Of a stretch of 64,000 bases of DNA, positions 1 through 8,002 are shown one piece after another. The stretch's first letter is position 1. Each line of letters opens with the position of its first letter. The stretch lies in contig JBKJWL010000267.1 in the NCBI GenBank assembly GCA_046716885.1, positions 2,216 to 66,215 of the forward strand, in the 5' to 3' direction. The stretch is from Thermoanaerobaculia bacterium (GTDB lineage: Bacteria; Acidobacteriota; Thermoanaerobaculia; UBA5066; Gp7-AA6). The translations under genes and the position numbers were made by a program. A model generated the notes under the pieces. The model was not told where the DNA came from, did not search any database, and was given only the letters and a program-made list of their open reading frames with translations.

Positions 1-596
1 CGGTCCCCGCGCGAGACGATCCCCTCGAGCGCGTATTCGCGGCCGAGCATCGCGTTCGACTCCTGGATTTCGCCCCGCCCGAGCGCGCGGCGGATCCGCG
101 TCGACGAGACCGGCTCGCCGGCGTAGACGACTTCCTCGACCGCGGATGCCGCGAAGCCGCACTCCGCCCCGAGTCGCGACAGCAGCGCGAGGTCTCCGCG
201 CTTGCCTCGGCCGAACGCGAAGTGAGCCCCGATGGAGAGCTCGGCGGCTTTGAGCCGGCCCGCCAGCAGGGTCCGCACGAATTCCTCCGGCTCGGTCAGC
301 GAAAAGTCGCGCGTGAAGGGGATGACGAGGAGCGCATCGATCCCGATCGCCTCGATCGCCTCCTCCTTCTGGCGCAGCGTCTGGATGCGGCGGGGCGCGC
401 GGTCCGGGCGCAAAATGGCCATCGGGTGCGGCTCGAACGTGATCGCGAACGACGGACGGCCGACCTCCCGCGCTCGGGCGACGACGGTCTCGAGGATCTT
501 GCGATGCCCGAGGTGGACGCCGTCGAAATTACCGATTGTCCCGACGCCGCCCCGGGGCAGGTCGGTCGCGCGGAGGGGGTCGCGGAGGACGTGCAT
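1..596 (-). CDS. ribF: Bifunctional riboflavin kinase / FMN adenylyltransferase, N-terminal part (3' end runs off the left edge)
   Basis: Not in the ORF track because it has no stop inside the window. My translation of the minus strand from the ATG at 596..594 gives MHVLRDPLRATDLPRGGVGTIGNFDGVHLGHRKILETVVARAREVGRPSFAITFEPHP... It contains the GNFDGVHxGH nucleotidyltransferase motif of FAD synthetases. The frame stays open to position 1. Confidence 0.85.
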   Translation of the reverse strand, partial: MHVLRDPLRATDLPRGGVGTIGNFDGVHLGHRKILETVVARAREVGRPSFAITFEPHPMAILRPDRAPRRIQTLRQKEEAIEAIGIDALLVIPFTRDFSLTEPEEFVRTLLAGRLKAAELSIGAHFAFGRGKRGDLALLSRLGAECGFAASAVEEVVYAGEPVSSTRIRRALGRGEIQESNAMLGREYALEGIVSRGD

Positions 597-603
597 GGGG
601 GGA

Positions 604-688
604 GTCGACGCGTCACAGTTGACAGTTGGCAGCGGGCGGCTGACAGCCCGGCTCCCGGACCGCCGACTGCCAACTGTCAACCGTCGAC
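604..688. repeat. Long imperfect inverted repeat (stem-loop) filling the rimO-ribF spacer
   Basis: GTTGACAGTTGGCAG (618..632) is the exact reverse complement of CTGCCAACTGTCAAC (667..681). Flanking GC-rich partial pairing and terminal GTCGAC (604..609 and 683..688) extend the stem. It starts 2 nt after the rimO stop and ends 7 nt before the ribF ATG. Confidence 0.7.
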
Positions 689-689
689 T

Positions 690-2039
690 TCATCCCGTCA
701 CCACTCCCGTGACGTCGTAATCGAACGTCTTCTCCACCCGCACCTTTACGATCTGCCCGGGGAACAGAGTCCGGTCGCCCGCGTCGGTGATGAGGAGGCG
801 GCCGTCGATCTCGGGGGCCTGAGACCGCAGGCGGCCCTCGAGGAGATACTCGTGCTCTTCCGACGGGCCCTCGACGATCGCCTCGACCGTTCGGCCCCGG
901 AGGGCCCGCAGCTTGCCTCGCGCGATCGGCTGCTGGAGCGAGAGCAGGAAGTCGCGACGCCGCTCCTTCTCCTCGGGAGGGACCGGGTCGCCGAGCGGCT
1001 CCGACCCGGAGCCCGGCTCGGGCGAGTACGTGAAGGCGCCGAGGTTGTCGAGTTGGGCGTCGCGGACGAACTCGCAGAGCTCGCGAAACTCGGCCTCTCC
1101 CTCCCCCGGAAAACCCACGATGAAGGTCGTGCGGACCGCGATCTCTGGCACGACCTCCCGCATGCGCCCGAGCAGGCGCCGATACGAAGCCGAGTCCCCG
1201 CCGCGGCGCATGGCCGCGAGGATCGGCCGCGACACGTGCTGCAGCGGGATGTCGACGTAGGGAACGAAGCGCGGCTCCCGGGCCATGAGCTCCAGCACCG
1301 AATCGTCCAGGGTCTTCGGGTAGGCGTACAGGAAACGGATCCACGGAAACGTCGTGCCCGAGAGAAGCGCCTCGACCAGGCGGGCGAGACCGTCCCGCTT
1401 GACGCCGAGATCCTCCCCGTAGCGCGTCGTGTCCTGGGAGATGAGGACGAGCTCGGAAACCCCCTGCGCCTCCAGGGCCTGCGCCTCCCCCAGGAGCGAT
1501 TCGACGGTGCGGCTGCGCTGGTCGCCTCGCATCTGCGGGATCGTGCAGAACGTGCAGGGGTTGTCGCAACCCTCGCCGACCTTCAGATAGGCGTAGCCGC
1601 GCCGCCGCGACAGCACCCGCGGAGCCCGCTCGTCGTAGAGCCGAGTCGCCAGCGGTTTCTCGGTGAAGCGCGGCAGCGTCCCGAGGCCTGAGGCGGCGGC
1701 TGGCGCGTTCTCGAGCTCGTCGAGACCTAAGAACGCGTCGACTTCGGGGATCTCCGCCGCGAGCTCCCGGCCGTACTTCTGCACCATGCAGCCCGCGACG
1801 ACCACGCGGTCGATCTCGCCCTTCTTCTTGCGCTCGACCTGCTCGAGGATCGTCTCGATGGACTCTTCCTTCGCCCGGTCGATGAACCCGCACGTGTTGA
1901 CGAGCACCACGCGCGCCTCCGCGTCCGGGACGATGGCGTGCCCCGCCTGCTGGAGATGGCCCAGCATCACCTCGGTGTCCACGAGGTTCTTCGGGCACCC
2001 CAGCGACACGACACCGACGGACGCAAGCACCTTGCTCAC
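690..2039 (-). CDS. rimO: Ribosomal protein S12 methylthiotransferase (radical SAM, UPF0004 + TRAM)
   Basis: This is the C-terminal 449 aa of track ORF 690..2522. Motifs: VSLGCPKNLVDTE, VNTCGFI, the radical-SAM box GCDNPCTFC, and a C-terminal TRAM-like segment. I trimmed the start to the GTG at 2039, which overlaps the asnS stop as GTGA. The upstream part of the ORF lies inside asnS and is Arg/Pro/Gly-rich junk. Confidence 0.85.
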   Translation of the reverse strand: MSKVLASVGVVSLGCPKNLVDTEVMLGHLQQAGHAIVPDAEARVVLVNTCGFIDRAKEESIETILEQVERKKKGEIDRVVVAGCMVQKYGRELAAEIPEVDAFLGLDELENAPAAASGLGTLPRFTEKPLATRLYDERAPRVLSRRRGYAYLKVGEGCDNPCTFCTIPQMRGDQRSRTVESLLGEAQALEAQGVSELVLISQDTTRYGEDLGVKRDGLARLVEALLSGTTFPWIRFLYAYPKTLDDSVLELMAREPRFVPYVDIPLQHVSRPILAAMRRGGDSASYRRLLGRMREVVPEIAVRTTFIVGFPGEGEAEFRELCEFVRDAQLDNLGAFTYSPEPGSGSEPLGDPVPPEEKERRRDFLLSLQQPIARGKLRALRGRTVEAIVEGPSEEHEYLLEGRLRSQAPEIDGRLLITDAGDRTLFPGQIVKVRVEKTFDYDVTGVVTG

Positions 2040-3328
2040 GGATAGATCCGTTTCAATGTCCGCGGATACGGAATCGCTTCGCGCAGATGGTGGATCCCGC
2101 AGACCCAGGCCACCAGGCGCTCGAGGCCCATGCCGAAGCCGGCGTGCGGAAAGGTCCCATACCGCCGCACGTCGAGATACCACTCGTAGGCCTCGCGGGG
2201 CAGCTTGTGCTCTTCCAGCCGCTTCTCCAAAAGGGCGAGGTCGTGAATGCGCTCCGAGCCTCCGATGATCTCGCCGTAACCCTCCGGGGCCAGCATGTCC
2301 AGACCGAGCACGACCTCCGGGTCCTGCGGGTCCGGCTGCATATAGAACGACTTGATGGCCGTCGGGAAGCGCGACACGATGAGGGGCCGGTCGAGATCCG
2401 CGCAGAGCGCGGTCTCCTCGTCCGCTCCAAGGTCGTCGCCGAAGGAGACTGGGAAGCCCTTCTCCTGGAGCTTCGCGATGGCCTCGCGGTACGTGATCCG
2501 CGGGAAGGGCTTCCGGATACATTCGAGCCTGGACGTGTCGCGCTCGAGGCGCTTCAGATCCTCCCCGGAGCGATTCAGCGCGCGCTCGACCAAGTAGACG
2601 ATGAAATCCTCAGCCAACTCGCAGAGACCTTCGAACTGCAGGAACGCGACCTCGGGCTCGACCATCCAGAACTCGGTCAGGTGGCGGCGCGTCTTGGACT
2701 TCTCGGCCCGAAACGTGGGTCCGAAGCAGTAGACCTTGCCGAAGGCCGCCGCCGCCGGCTCGAGATAGAGCTGCCCGGACTGGGAGAGGTACGCCTTGTC
2801 GCCGAAGTAGTCCGTCTCGAAGAGGGTGGAGGTGCCCTCGACCGCCGAGCCCGTCAGGATCGGCGAGTCGATGCGCACGAACTCGCGCTCATAGAAGTAG
2901 TCGGCGATCCCCTGCTCCAGCTCCGAGCGCACGCGCAGGACCGCGTGCTGCTGAGACGAGCGCATCCAGAGGTGCCGCAGCCCCATCAGGAAGTCGACGC
3001 CGTGCTCCTTGAGGCTGATGGGATAGTCGGGCGAGGCGCCCAGGATCTCGACCGAGGACGCCGTCATCTCGTAGCCGCCCGGCGCCCGCGTCTCCTCGCG
3101 CACCGTCCCCGTGACCCGCAGCGAGCACTCCTGGGTCGCCTGCTCGGCGGCTTCCCAGACCTCGGGGGCCGCTTCCGCCTTCGGCACGACGACCTGCACG
3201 TACCCGGTTCCGTCCCGCACGATCAGGAACTGGATCTTGCCGGAGGAGCGTTTGTTGTAGAGCCACCCCTGGACGGTCGCCGAACCGCCGGCTTTCTGCC
3301 CGAGCTTCGCGATGGAGGTGCCGTCCAT
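2036..3328 (-). CDS. asnS: Asparagine--tRNA ligase (class II aaRS, about 430-aa type)
   Basis: The 430-aa ORF has an N-terminal OB-fold (VQGWLYNKRSSGKIQFLIVRDGTG). It carries the class II motifs FRAEKSKTRRHLTEFWMVEPE and GFGMGLERL. Confidence 0.85.
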   Translation of the reverse strand: MDGTSIAKLGQKAGGSATVQGWLYNKRSSGKIQFLIVRDGTGYVQVVVPKAEAAPEVWEAAEQATQECSLRVTGTVREETRAPGGYEMTASSVEILGASPDYPISLKEHGVDFLMGLRHLWMRSSQQHAVLRVRSELEQGIADYFYEREFVRIDSPILTGSAVEGTSTLFETDYFGDKAYLSQSGQLYLEPAAAAFGKVYCFGPTFRAEKSKTRRHLTEFWMVEPEVAFLQFEGLCELAEDFIVYLVERALNRSGEDLKRLERDTSRLECIRKPFPRITYREAIAKLQEKGFPVSFGDDLGADEETALCADLDRPLIVSRFPTAIKSFYMQPDPQDPEVVLGLDMLAPEGYGEIIGGSERIHDLALLEKRLEEHKLPREAYEWYLDVRRYGTFPHAGFGMGLERLVAWVCGIHHLREAIPYPRTLKRIYP

Positions 3329-3338
3329 GAGGGCGCGG

Positions 3339-3344
3339 ATTATA
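3339..3344 (-). promoter_or_regulatory. Perfect TATAAT -10 box 10 nt upstream of the asnS ATG (possible leaderless or very short leader mRNA)
   Basis: The minus strand reads cccTTATAATccgcgccctcATG. I see no Shine-Dalgarno between the box and the ATG, and I did not find a convincing -35. Confidence 0.4.
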
Positions 3345-3417
3345 AGGGTGTTTTCCGCGGTGGGGCTCGACGCTCTGGTCTCGTAGACTCGAGATCGGAC
3401 GCCGTAGAATCTTCAGA

Positions 3418-5172
3418 GTGAGCCTGTCAGAGCGTTCGACCGACGGTTCGCAAGAGAAATCTGGCCCAGCTTTCCGTTCCATTCCTTCGCTCCGGCTTCC
3501 CCTCCGGGGCAAGATTGCGCCAGTTCTCGCTTTCCTCCTTCCGCTCGTGATCTACGGGCTCGGACTTCGGTACCTCGGCAGTGGAGACACGGTTCCTGCC
3601 GAGCTCCTTCCGATCTCGCTGCTCACAGAAGGCAATCTCGACTTCAACGAGTTCGTCAATGGTCGGTTGCCCTACTGGTTCCGCGTCCAAGGAAAGCACG
3701 TGGTCTCCTACTACCCGATCCTTCCTGGCCTCGTCAACGTGCCTGTATACGCCGTGGCCAACTGGATCGGCGGGGATCTCTTCGAGCTTCGATTTCGGCT
3801 CTCGCTGATAACGGCGATGCTCGCCGCATCACTCTCGGTACTCTTCGTATACCTCACCCTTGCTCGCCTCCTCGAATCCCGCCCCAGAGCTCTCGGCTTC
3901 GCGTTGGTTTACGCCTTTGCGACGGAGGTTTGGAGCGTGGCCAGCCATGGGTTATTCCAACACGGCCCGGCGCTTCTTTTCCTTTCGGCGGGCCTCTACC
4001 TCATCGTCCGGAGTCGACCGGGCGGAATTGCGCTGTCGGGCCTCCTTCTTGCGTTGGGAGTCCTGACACGGCCCACGAACATTGGGATTGCGTTGCCGCT
4101 CGCCATCTACGTCGCGCTCCGGCACCGCGCTCGGCTCCTGGCGTTTCTCGGCTTCGCCGCGATCCCGCTGGTCCTCCACGGCCTCTACGCCTGGAAATAC
4201 TGGGGAACTCCATTCTCGCCGGCGCAGCCGGTCGCTCCGGGAAATTTCTCCGGGGATCCTCTTCAGGGACTTGCCGGGCTTCTCGTGAGCCCATCGCGAG
4301 GCCTTTTCGTTTTCAGCCCGATCTTCCTCCTGGCGATTCCGGCGGCCGTCGCGGCTTTTCGCCGCCCCGCGGACGAGCGCAGAATTCTTCTCCGGTGTCT
4401 GACCGTGGGGGTGGTCCTCGTCCTCGGAACTTACTCGCGCTGGGTCCTCTGGTGGGGAGGGCATTCTTTCGGCTATCGAATCATTCTGGAGCTCGCATTG
4501 CCCCTGGTCGTCCTGATCAGCAGTGAATGGCCGCGCATCCGGGAGACTCGACCCCGGCGCGTTCTCTTTGGAGCAATGCTCACTCTTTCGGTGCTCTTCC
4601 AGTTTCTCGGTGCTTTCCTTTACCCCAGCCGCTTCAACCACGATATTGATCAGGATCCAGCGAGGCTCTGGGATCCGCGAAACTCGGAGCTCGTCCTCGG
4701 CGTAGAGAAACTTCTTCGCCGGTATGGCTGGAGCGTCACGCTCGGCTCTGACATGGGCTTCGTGTCGCCGCCCGCGCTCAAGGCCCCTTCGCCGCACTGG
4801 TGGAAGCCCGAGAACGACGATGCGTCCATGCCGAGATCCTTGGACACTCCGGCTCAGGGGGCCGTCATCCGCGGCCGCCTGACCGTGCTCGGATGGGCAA
4901 AGCCCGCCCCGACGGATGCCGGCGAAGTTCGGGTCTCGGTAGATCCGGGCAACATCCAAGTGAAGCCAGATCGCTTTTCCCGCCCGGATGTCGTCTCCCT
5001 CTTTCCCGACCTCGGCGATGGATCGCAGGCAGGTTTCGGCGCTCGCCTCGAGCCGAGATCCTCTCGTCTCGAGCGGTACACGGTGCTCGTCGAGATCCGC
5101 GATCGACGCGGCCGCGTCGCCAAGCTCGGGCCCGTCGAGTTCTTTTGGGGTCCTCAGAGGCCGGTGCCGTAG
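3418..5172 (+). CDS. Multi-pass integral membrane protein, candidate GT-C-fold glycosyltransferase (ArnT/PMT-like) with a soluble C-terminal domain of about 130 aa
   Basis: The 584-aa ORF has many hydrophobic segments (PVLAFLLPLVIYGLGL, LITAMLAASLSVLFVYL, ALLFLSAGLYLIV and others), large loops, and a beta-rich C-terminal tail. The family call is by architecture only. The start (GTG at 3418) is uncertain. Codon third positions look more A/T-rich than in the neighbouring genes. Confidence 0.55.
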   Translation: MSLSERSTDGSQEKSGPAFRSIPSLRLPLRGKIAPVLAFLLPLVIYGLGLRYLGSGDTVPAELLPISLLTEGNLDFNEFVNGRLPYWFRVQGKHVVSYYPILPGLVNVPVYAVANWIGGDLFELRFRLSLITAMLAASLSVLFVYLTLARLLESRPRALGFALVYAFATEVWSVASHGLFQHGPALLFLSAGLYLIVRSRPGGIALSGLLLALGVLTRPTNIGIALPLAIYVALRHRARLLAFLGFAAIPLVLHGLYAWKYWGTPFSPAQPVAPGNFSGDPLQGLAGLLVSPSRGLFVFSPIFLLAIPAAVAAFRRPADERRILLRCLTVGVVLVLGTYSRWVLWWGGHSFGYRIILELALPLVVLISSEWPRIRETRPRRVLFGAMLTLSVLFQFLGAFLYPSRFNHDIDQDPARLWDPRNSELVLGVEKLLRRYGWSVTLGSDMGFVSPPALKAPSPHWWKPENDDASMPRSLDTPAQGAVIRGRLTVLGWAKPAPTDAGEVRVSVDPGNIQVKPDRFSRPDVVSLFPDLGDGSQAGFGARLEPRSSRLERYTVLVEIRDRRGRVAKLGPVEFFWGPQRPVP

Positions 5173-5220
5173 CAGACGCCGAATGGTCCGGCCTGCCGGC
5201 AGGCGCCGGTGACCCGCCCC

Positions 5221-5544
5221 TCAACGCAGCCGCGAGCGGACGTTGGTCGAGATCGTCATCGCCTGCTGGAGCCGCTGCATGCGCCGGTGGCGCTTCTGCG
5301 TGGCGTCCACGTCCCCGGTCGGGGGAACGGCGCTCCGGATCTCGCGCATGAGCTTTTCGGCCTCGAACCCGAAGGTCTGGAAGTCGGGGTGTTGGAACTT
5401 TCGGAAGGTCAGCTCGTTCGGGATGACGTAGCCCTCGGCGATGTCCCGGACCATCCCGTAGGCGGAGCCGCCGAGGAAGGCGCCCATAAGGCCGAAAGTG
5501 TAACCCGGACGGCGCTTGGAGTCCGGGCCGCTCCGGGATACCAT
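5221..5544 (-). CDS. Small hypothetical protein with an N-terminal glycine-zipper-like segment
   Basis: The 107-aa ORF has a balanced composition (K, E, F, Y, N present), unlike the GC-artefact ORFs. It contains GLMGAFLGGSAYGMV followed by an amphipathic, charged tail. The start could be the internal Met at 5487. Confidence 0.5.
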   Translation of the reverse strand: MVSRSGPDSKRRPGYTFGLMGAFLGGSAYGMVRDIAEGYVIPNELTFRKFQHPDFQTFGFEAEKLMREIRSAVPPTGDVDATQKRHRRMQRLQQAMTISTNVRSRLR

Positions 5545-5569
5545 TTCGCCCTTTGCGGGAGGGCTGCCA

Positions 5570-6745
5570 TTGGCTTCCAGCGTGGATTACCTCGACTTCG
5601 ACTCACTTCTGACGGAGGAGCAGCGGCTCGTTCGCGACACCGTCGGCGCCTGGGTGGACGACAAGGTCCTTCCCATCATCGAGGAGGCGGCATGGGAAGG
5701 GCGCTTCCCCAAAGAGCTGATCCCCGACATGGCCGGGATGCACCTCTTCGGCTCGACGATCGCGGAGTACGGTCTGCCGGGGCTCGACAACATCGCCTAC
5801 GGACTGATCATGCAGGAGCTCGAGCGCGGAGACTCGGGACTGCGCTCTTTCGTCTCGGTCCAGTCGGCCCTCGTCATGTACCCGATCTACGCCTTCGGCT
5901 CGAAGGAGCAGAAGGACAAGTGGATCCCGAAGCTCGCCAACGCCTCGGCGATCGGCTGCTTCGGCCTGACGGAGCCGGACTTCGGCTCGAATCCCGCGGG
6001 CATGCGGACGGTCGCGAAAAAAGACGGCGACTCCTTCGTCCTGAACGGGGCCAAGGCCTGGATCACCAACGGCTCGATCGCCGATGTCGCGTTGGTCTGG
6101 GCCAAGCTCGACGGAGTCGTACGCGGGTTCCTCGTGGAGAAGGGAACGAAGGGGTACTCGACCTTCGAGCACAAGGGGAAGATGTCGCTGCGCGCCTCGG
6201 TGACCTCGCAGCTGGCCTTCGAGGACTGCCGGATCCCGGCGGAGAACATCCTGCCGGGCGGCGAGGGTCTGAAGGGCCCCCTCGCCTGCCTCACGCAGGC
6301 GCGCTACGGCATCGCCTGGGGCACGCTCGGCAGCGCCATGGCGACCTACAAAGCCGCGCTCGACTACGCCAAGACCCGCAAGCAGTGGAAGGATCGCCCG
6401 ATCGCCGCGCACCAGCTCGTGCAGGAGCGGCTGGCCTGGATGATCACCGAGATCACCAAGGGGCAGCTCCTCGCCTGGAAGCTCGGCCGCATGAAGGACG
6501 ACAAGACCATGAAGCCGCATCACGTCTCGATGGCCAAGCGCAACAATGCCTGGGTCGCCCGCGAGTGCGCGAAGCTCGCCCGCGAGACCCTCGGCGCCAA
6601 CGGCGTCGTCAACGAGTACCCCGTCTTCCGCCACCTCGCCAACATCGAGAGCGTCTATACCTACGAGGGGACGCACGACATCCACACCCTGATCATCGGA
6701 GAGGCCGTGACCGGGGTCGCCTCGTACAACCCGCCCATGGAGTGA
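5570..6745 (+). CDS. gcdH: Glutaryl-CoA dehydrogenase (acyl-CoA dehydrogenase family)
   Basis: Track ORF 5516..6745. Motifs: DYLDFDSLLTEEQRLVRDTV, GCFGLTEPDFGSNPAGMRT, and YEGTHDIHTLIIGE near the C-terminus. I prefer the TTG start at 5570, which sits 7 nt after GGGAGG. Starts at 5516 and 5582 remain possible. Confidence 0.85.
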   Translation: MASSVDYLDFDSLLTEEQRLVRDTVGAWVDDKVLPIIEEAAWEGRFPKELIPDMAGMHLFGSTIAEYGLPGLDNIAYGLIMQELERGDSGLRSFVSVQSALVMYPIYAFGSKEQKDKWIPKLANASAIGCFGLTEPDFGSNPAGMRTVAKKDGDSFVLNGAKAWITNGSIADVALVWAKLDGVVRGFLVEKGTKGYSTFEHKGKMSLRASVTSQLAFEDCRIPAENILPGGEGLKGPLACLTQARYGIAWGTLGSAMATYKAALDYAKTRKQWKDRPIAAHQLVQERLAWMITEITKGQLLAWKLGRMKDDKTMKPHHVSMAKRNNAWVARECAKLARETLGANGVVNEYPVFRHLANIESVYTYEGTHDIHTLIIGEAVTGVASYNPPME

Positions 6746-6881
6746 GTCGGGAGCCAGAAGCTCGGAGACCGCAGGAGCGAGGCACCCCGATTCACGCTCG
6801 GAACTCCCGACGGCGGGCTCCCGACTCGGAACTCACTGGCATTCAGTCTCTTGCGGTAAAATAGCCCGCTCGAGACACACG

Positions 6882-8000
6882 TTGGGAATCACCGGCAATC
6901 TCAAGACGATGCAGCTCGGAGAGCTGTTCCAATGGCTCTCCCTCGGCTCGAAGACCGGCACTCTGCTGATCGACGGCCACGGGGTGGAGAAGCGGGTCTA
7001 TTTCCAGGACGGACGAATCGCGTCGACCTCCTCCTCCGACCAGCGCGAGTACCTCGGCCACTTCCTCGTCTCGCACGGCCACATTACCGAGGAAGAGCTC
7101 AAGATGGCCATGGAAGTGCAGGAGGAGTCGCAGATCCTCCTCGGCAAGATCCTCGTCATGATCAACGCAATCGCCGAGGCGGACCTGCTCCGGCTGATGC
7201 GAAAGAAGGCCGAAGAGTCGATCTACGACGTCTTCCTCTGGACCGAGGGCAGCTTCGAGTTCGTCGACGGCGAGCTCCCCGACCAGAAGATGGTGCCGCT
7301 CTCCCTCGATGTGACGGGCATCATCATGGAAGGGATGCGCCGTTACGACGAGTGGCAGCTCATCCGCCAGCGGGTCCCCGACTCCAGCGTCGTCCCGGAG
7401 ATCGTGCGGGCGCTCGACATCGAGCAGCTCTCCGACCGCGAGAAGCTGATCGTGCCCTTCATCGACGGCCAACGCTCGATCGAGGCGATCGCCCTCCAGA
7501 CCCACAATGCGGAGTTCAACGTCTCCAAGCTCGTCGCGGAAGGGGTTCGCACGGCCACGATGCGGCTTCTGGAAAACCGCGCCCCGCCTCCCGCGCCCGC
7601 CTCGGCGCCCGCCGGAAGCGAGGTGGATCACTTCCTCCAGCGCGGCCGCGCTCAGCTCAAGGAGGACCCCCAGAGCGCCTATCGCATGTTCAAGGTCGCG
7701 CACGAGCTCGACTCGACGGATGGACGCACGACCGAGGCCATGCGCGAAGCCGAGCGGGAGATAAAAGCCTCGCTCGAGCGGGACGGCGTCTCTGGCGAGC
7801 GGGTGCCGGAGCTCGCGATCCCCCTCCACACCCTCACCCAGCGGTCTTTCTCCCCGCACGAGGGCTTCGTCCTGTCGCGCATCAATGGGCAGTGGGACGT
7901 CAAGTCCATCATGAAGATCTCGCCTATCAAGGAGTTCGACGTCCTGATGATCTTCCAGAAGCTGCTCCGGGACGGCGTTATCCAGTGGAAGGGGCGCTGA
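6882..8000 (+). CDS. PATAN / DUF4388 domain protein
   Basis: The N-terminus ITGNLKTMQLGELFQWLSLGSKTGTLLIDGHGVEKRVYFQDGRI matches the DUF4388 pattern (G.L....L.ELFQ.L....KTG.L.I). A Pro/Ala linker follows. The C-terminal module contains SPHEGFVLSRINGQWDVKSIMKISP. The start codon is TTG. Confidence 0.7.
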   Translation: MGITGNLKTMQLGELFQWLSLGSKTGTLLIDGHGVEKRVYFQDGRIASTSSSDQREYLGHFLVSHGHITEEELKMAMEVQEESQILLGKILVMINAIAEADLLRLMRKKAEESIYDVFLWTEGSFEFVDGELPDQKMVPLSLDVTGIIMEGMRRYDEWQLIRQRVPDSSVVPEIVRALDIEQLSDREKLIVPFIDGQRSIEAIALQTHNAEFNVSKLVAEGVRTATMRLLENRAPPPAPASAPAGSEVDHFLQRGRAQLKEDPQSAYRMFKVAHELDSTDGRTTEAMREAEREIKASLERDGVSGERVPELAIPLHTLTQRSFSPHEGFVLSRINGQWDVKSIMKISPIKEFDVLMIFQKLLRDGVIQWKGR

Positions 8001-8002
8001 GC

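Noticed and set aside
597-689. An FMN riboswitch or other riboswitch upstream of ribF.
   Set aside because: The region is a simple long hairpin, much shorter than an FMN element. It lacks the multi-stem architecture. ribF is also not a typical FMN-riboswitch target.
222-1691. Many long ORFs in the track lie antisense to, or in alternate frames of, clearly identifiable genes. Examples: 222..1691+, 613..1998-, 2087..3421+, 5209..6864+, 5603..6685-, 6843..7859-, 7679..9097-, 9119..10441-, 9894..11864-, 13290..14717-, 13484..16288+, 24250..26544+, 38087..39565-, 42370..43902-, 46811..48244-, 54216..56240+, 61953..63452-.
   Set aside because: Their translations are dominated by Arg, Pro, Gly and Ala, with no recognisable motifs. 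Each overlaps a gene with strong family signatures. Long open frames like these are expected by chance in very GC-rich DNA.
6932-8002. The N-terminal 357 aa of the 1120-aa track ORF 6932..10294.
   Set aside because: This part overlaps the PATAN gene in another frame and is Arg/Pro-rich. The membrane-GAF-GGDEF protein plausibly starts at the GTG at 8003, which has a purine-rich RBS.
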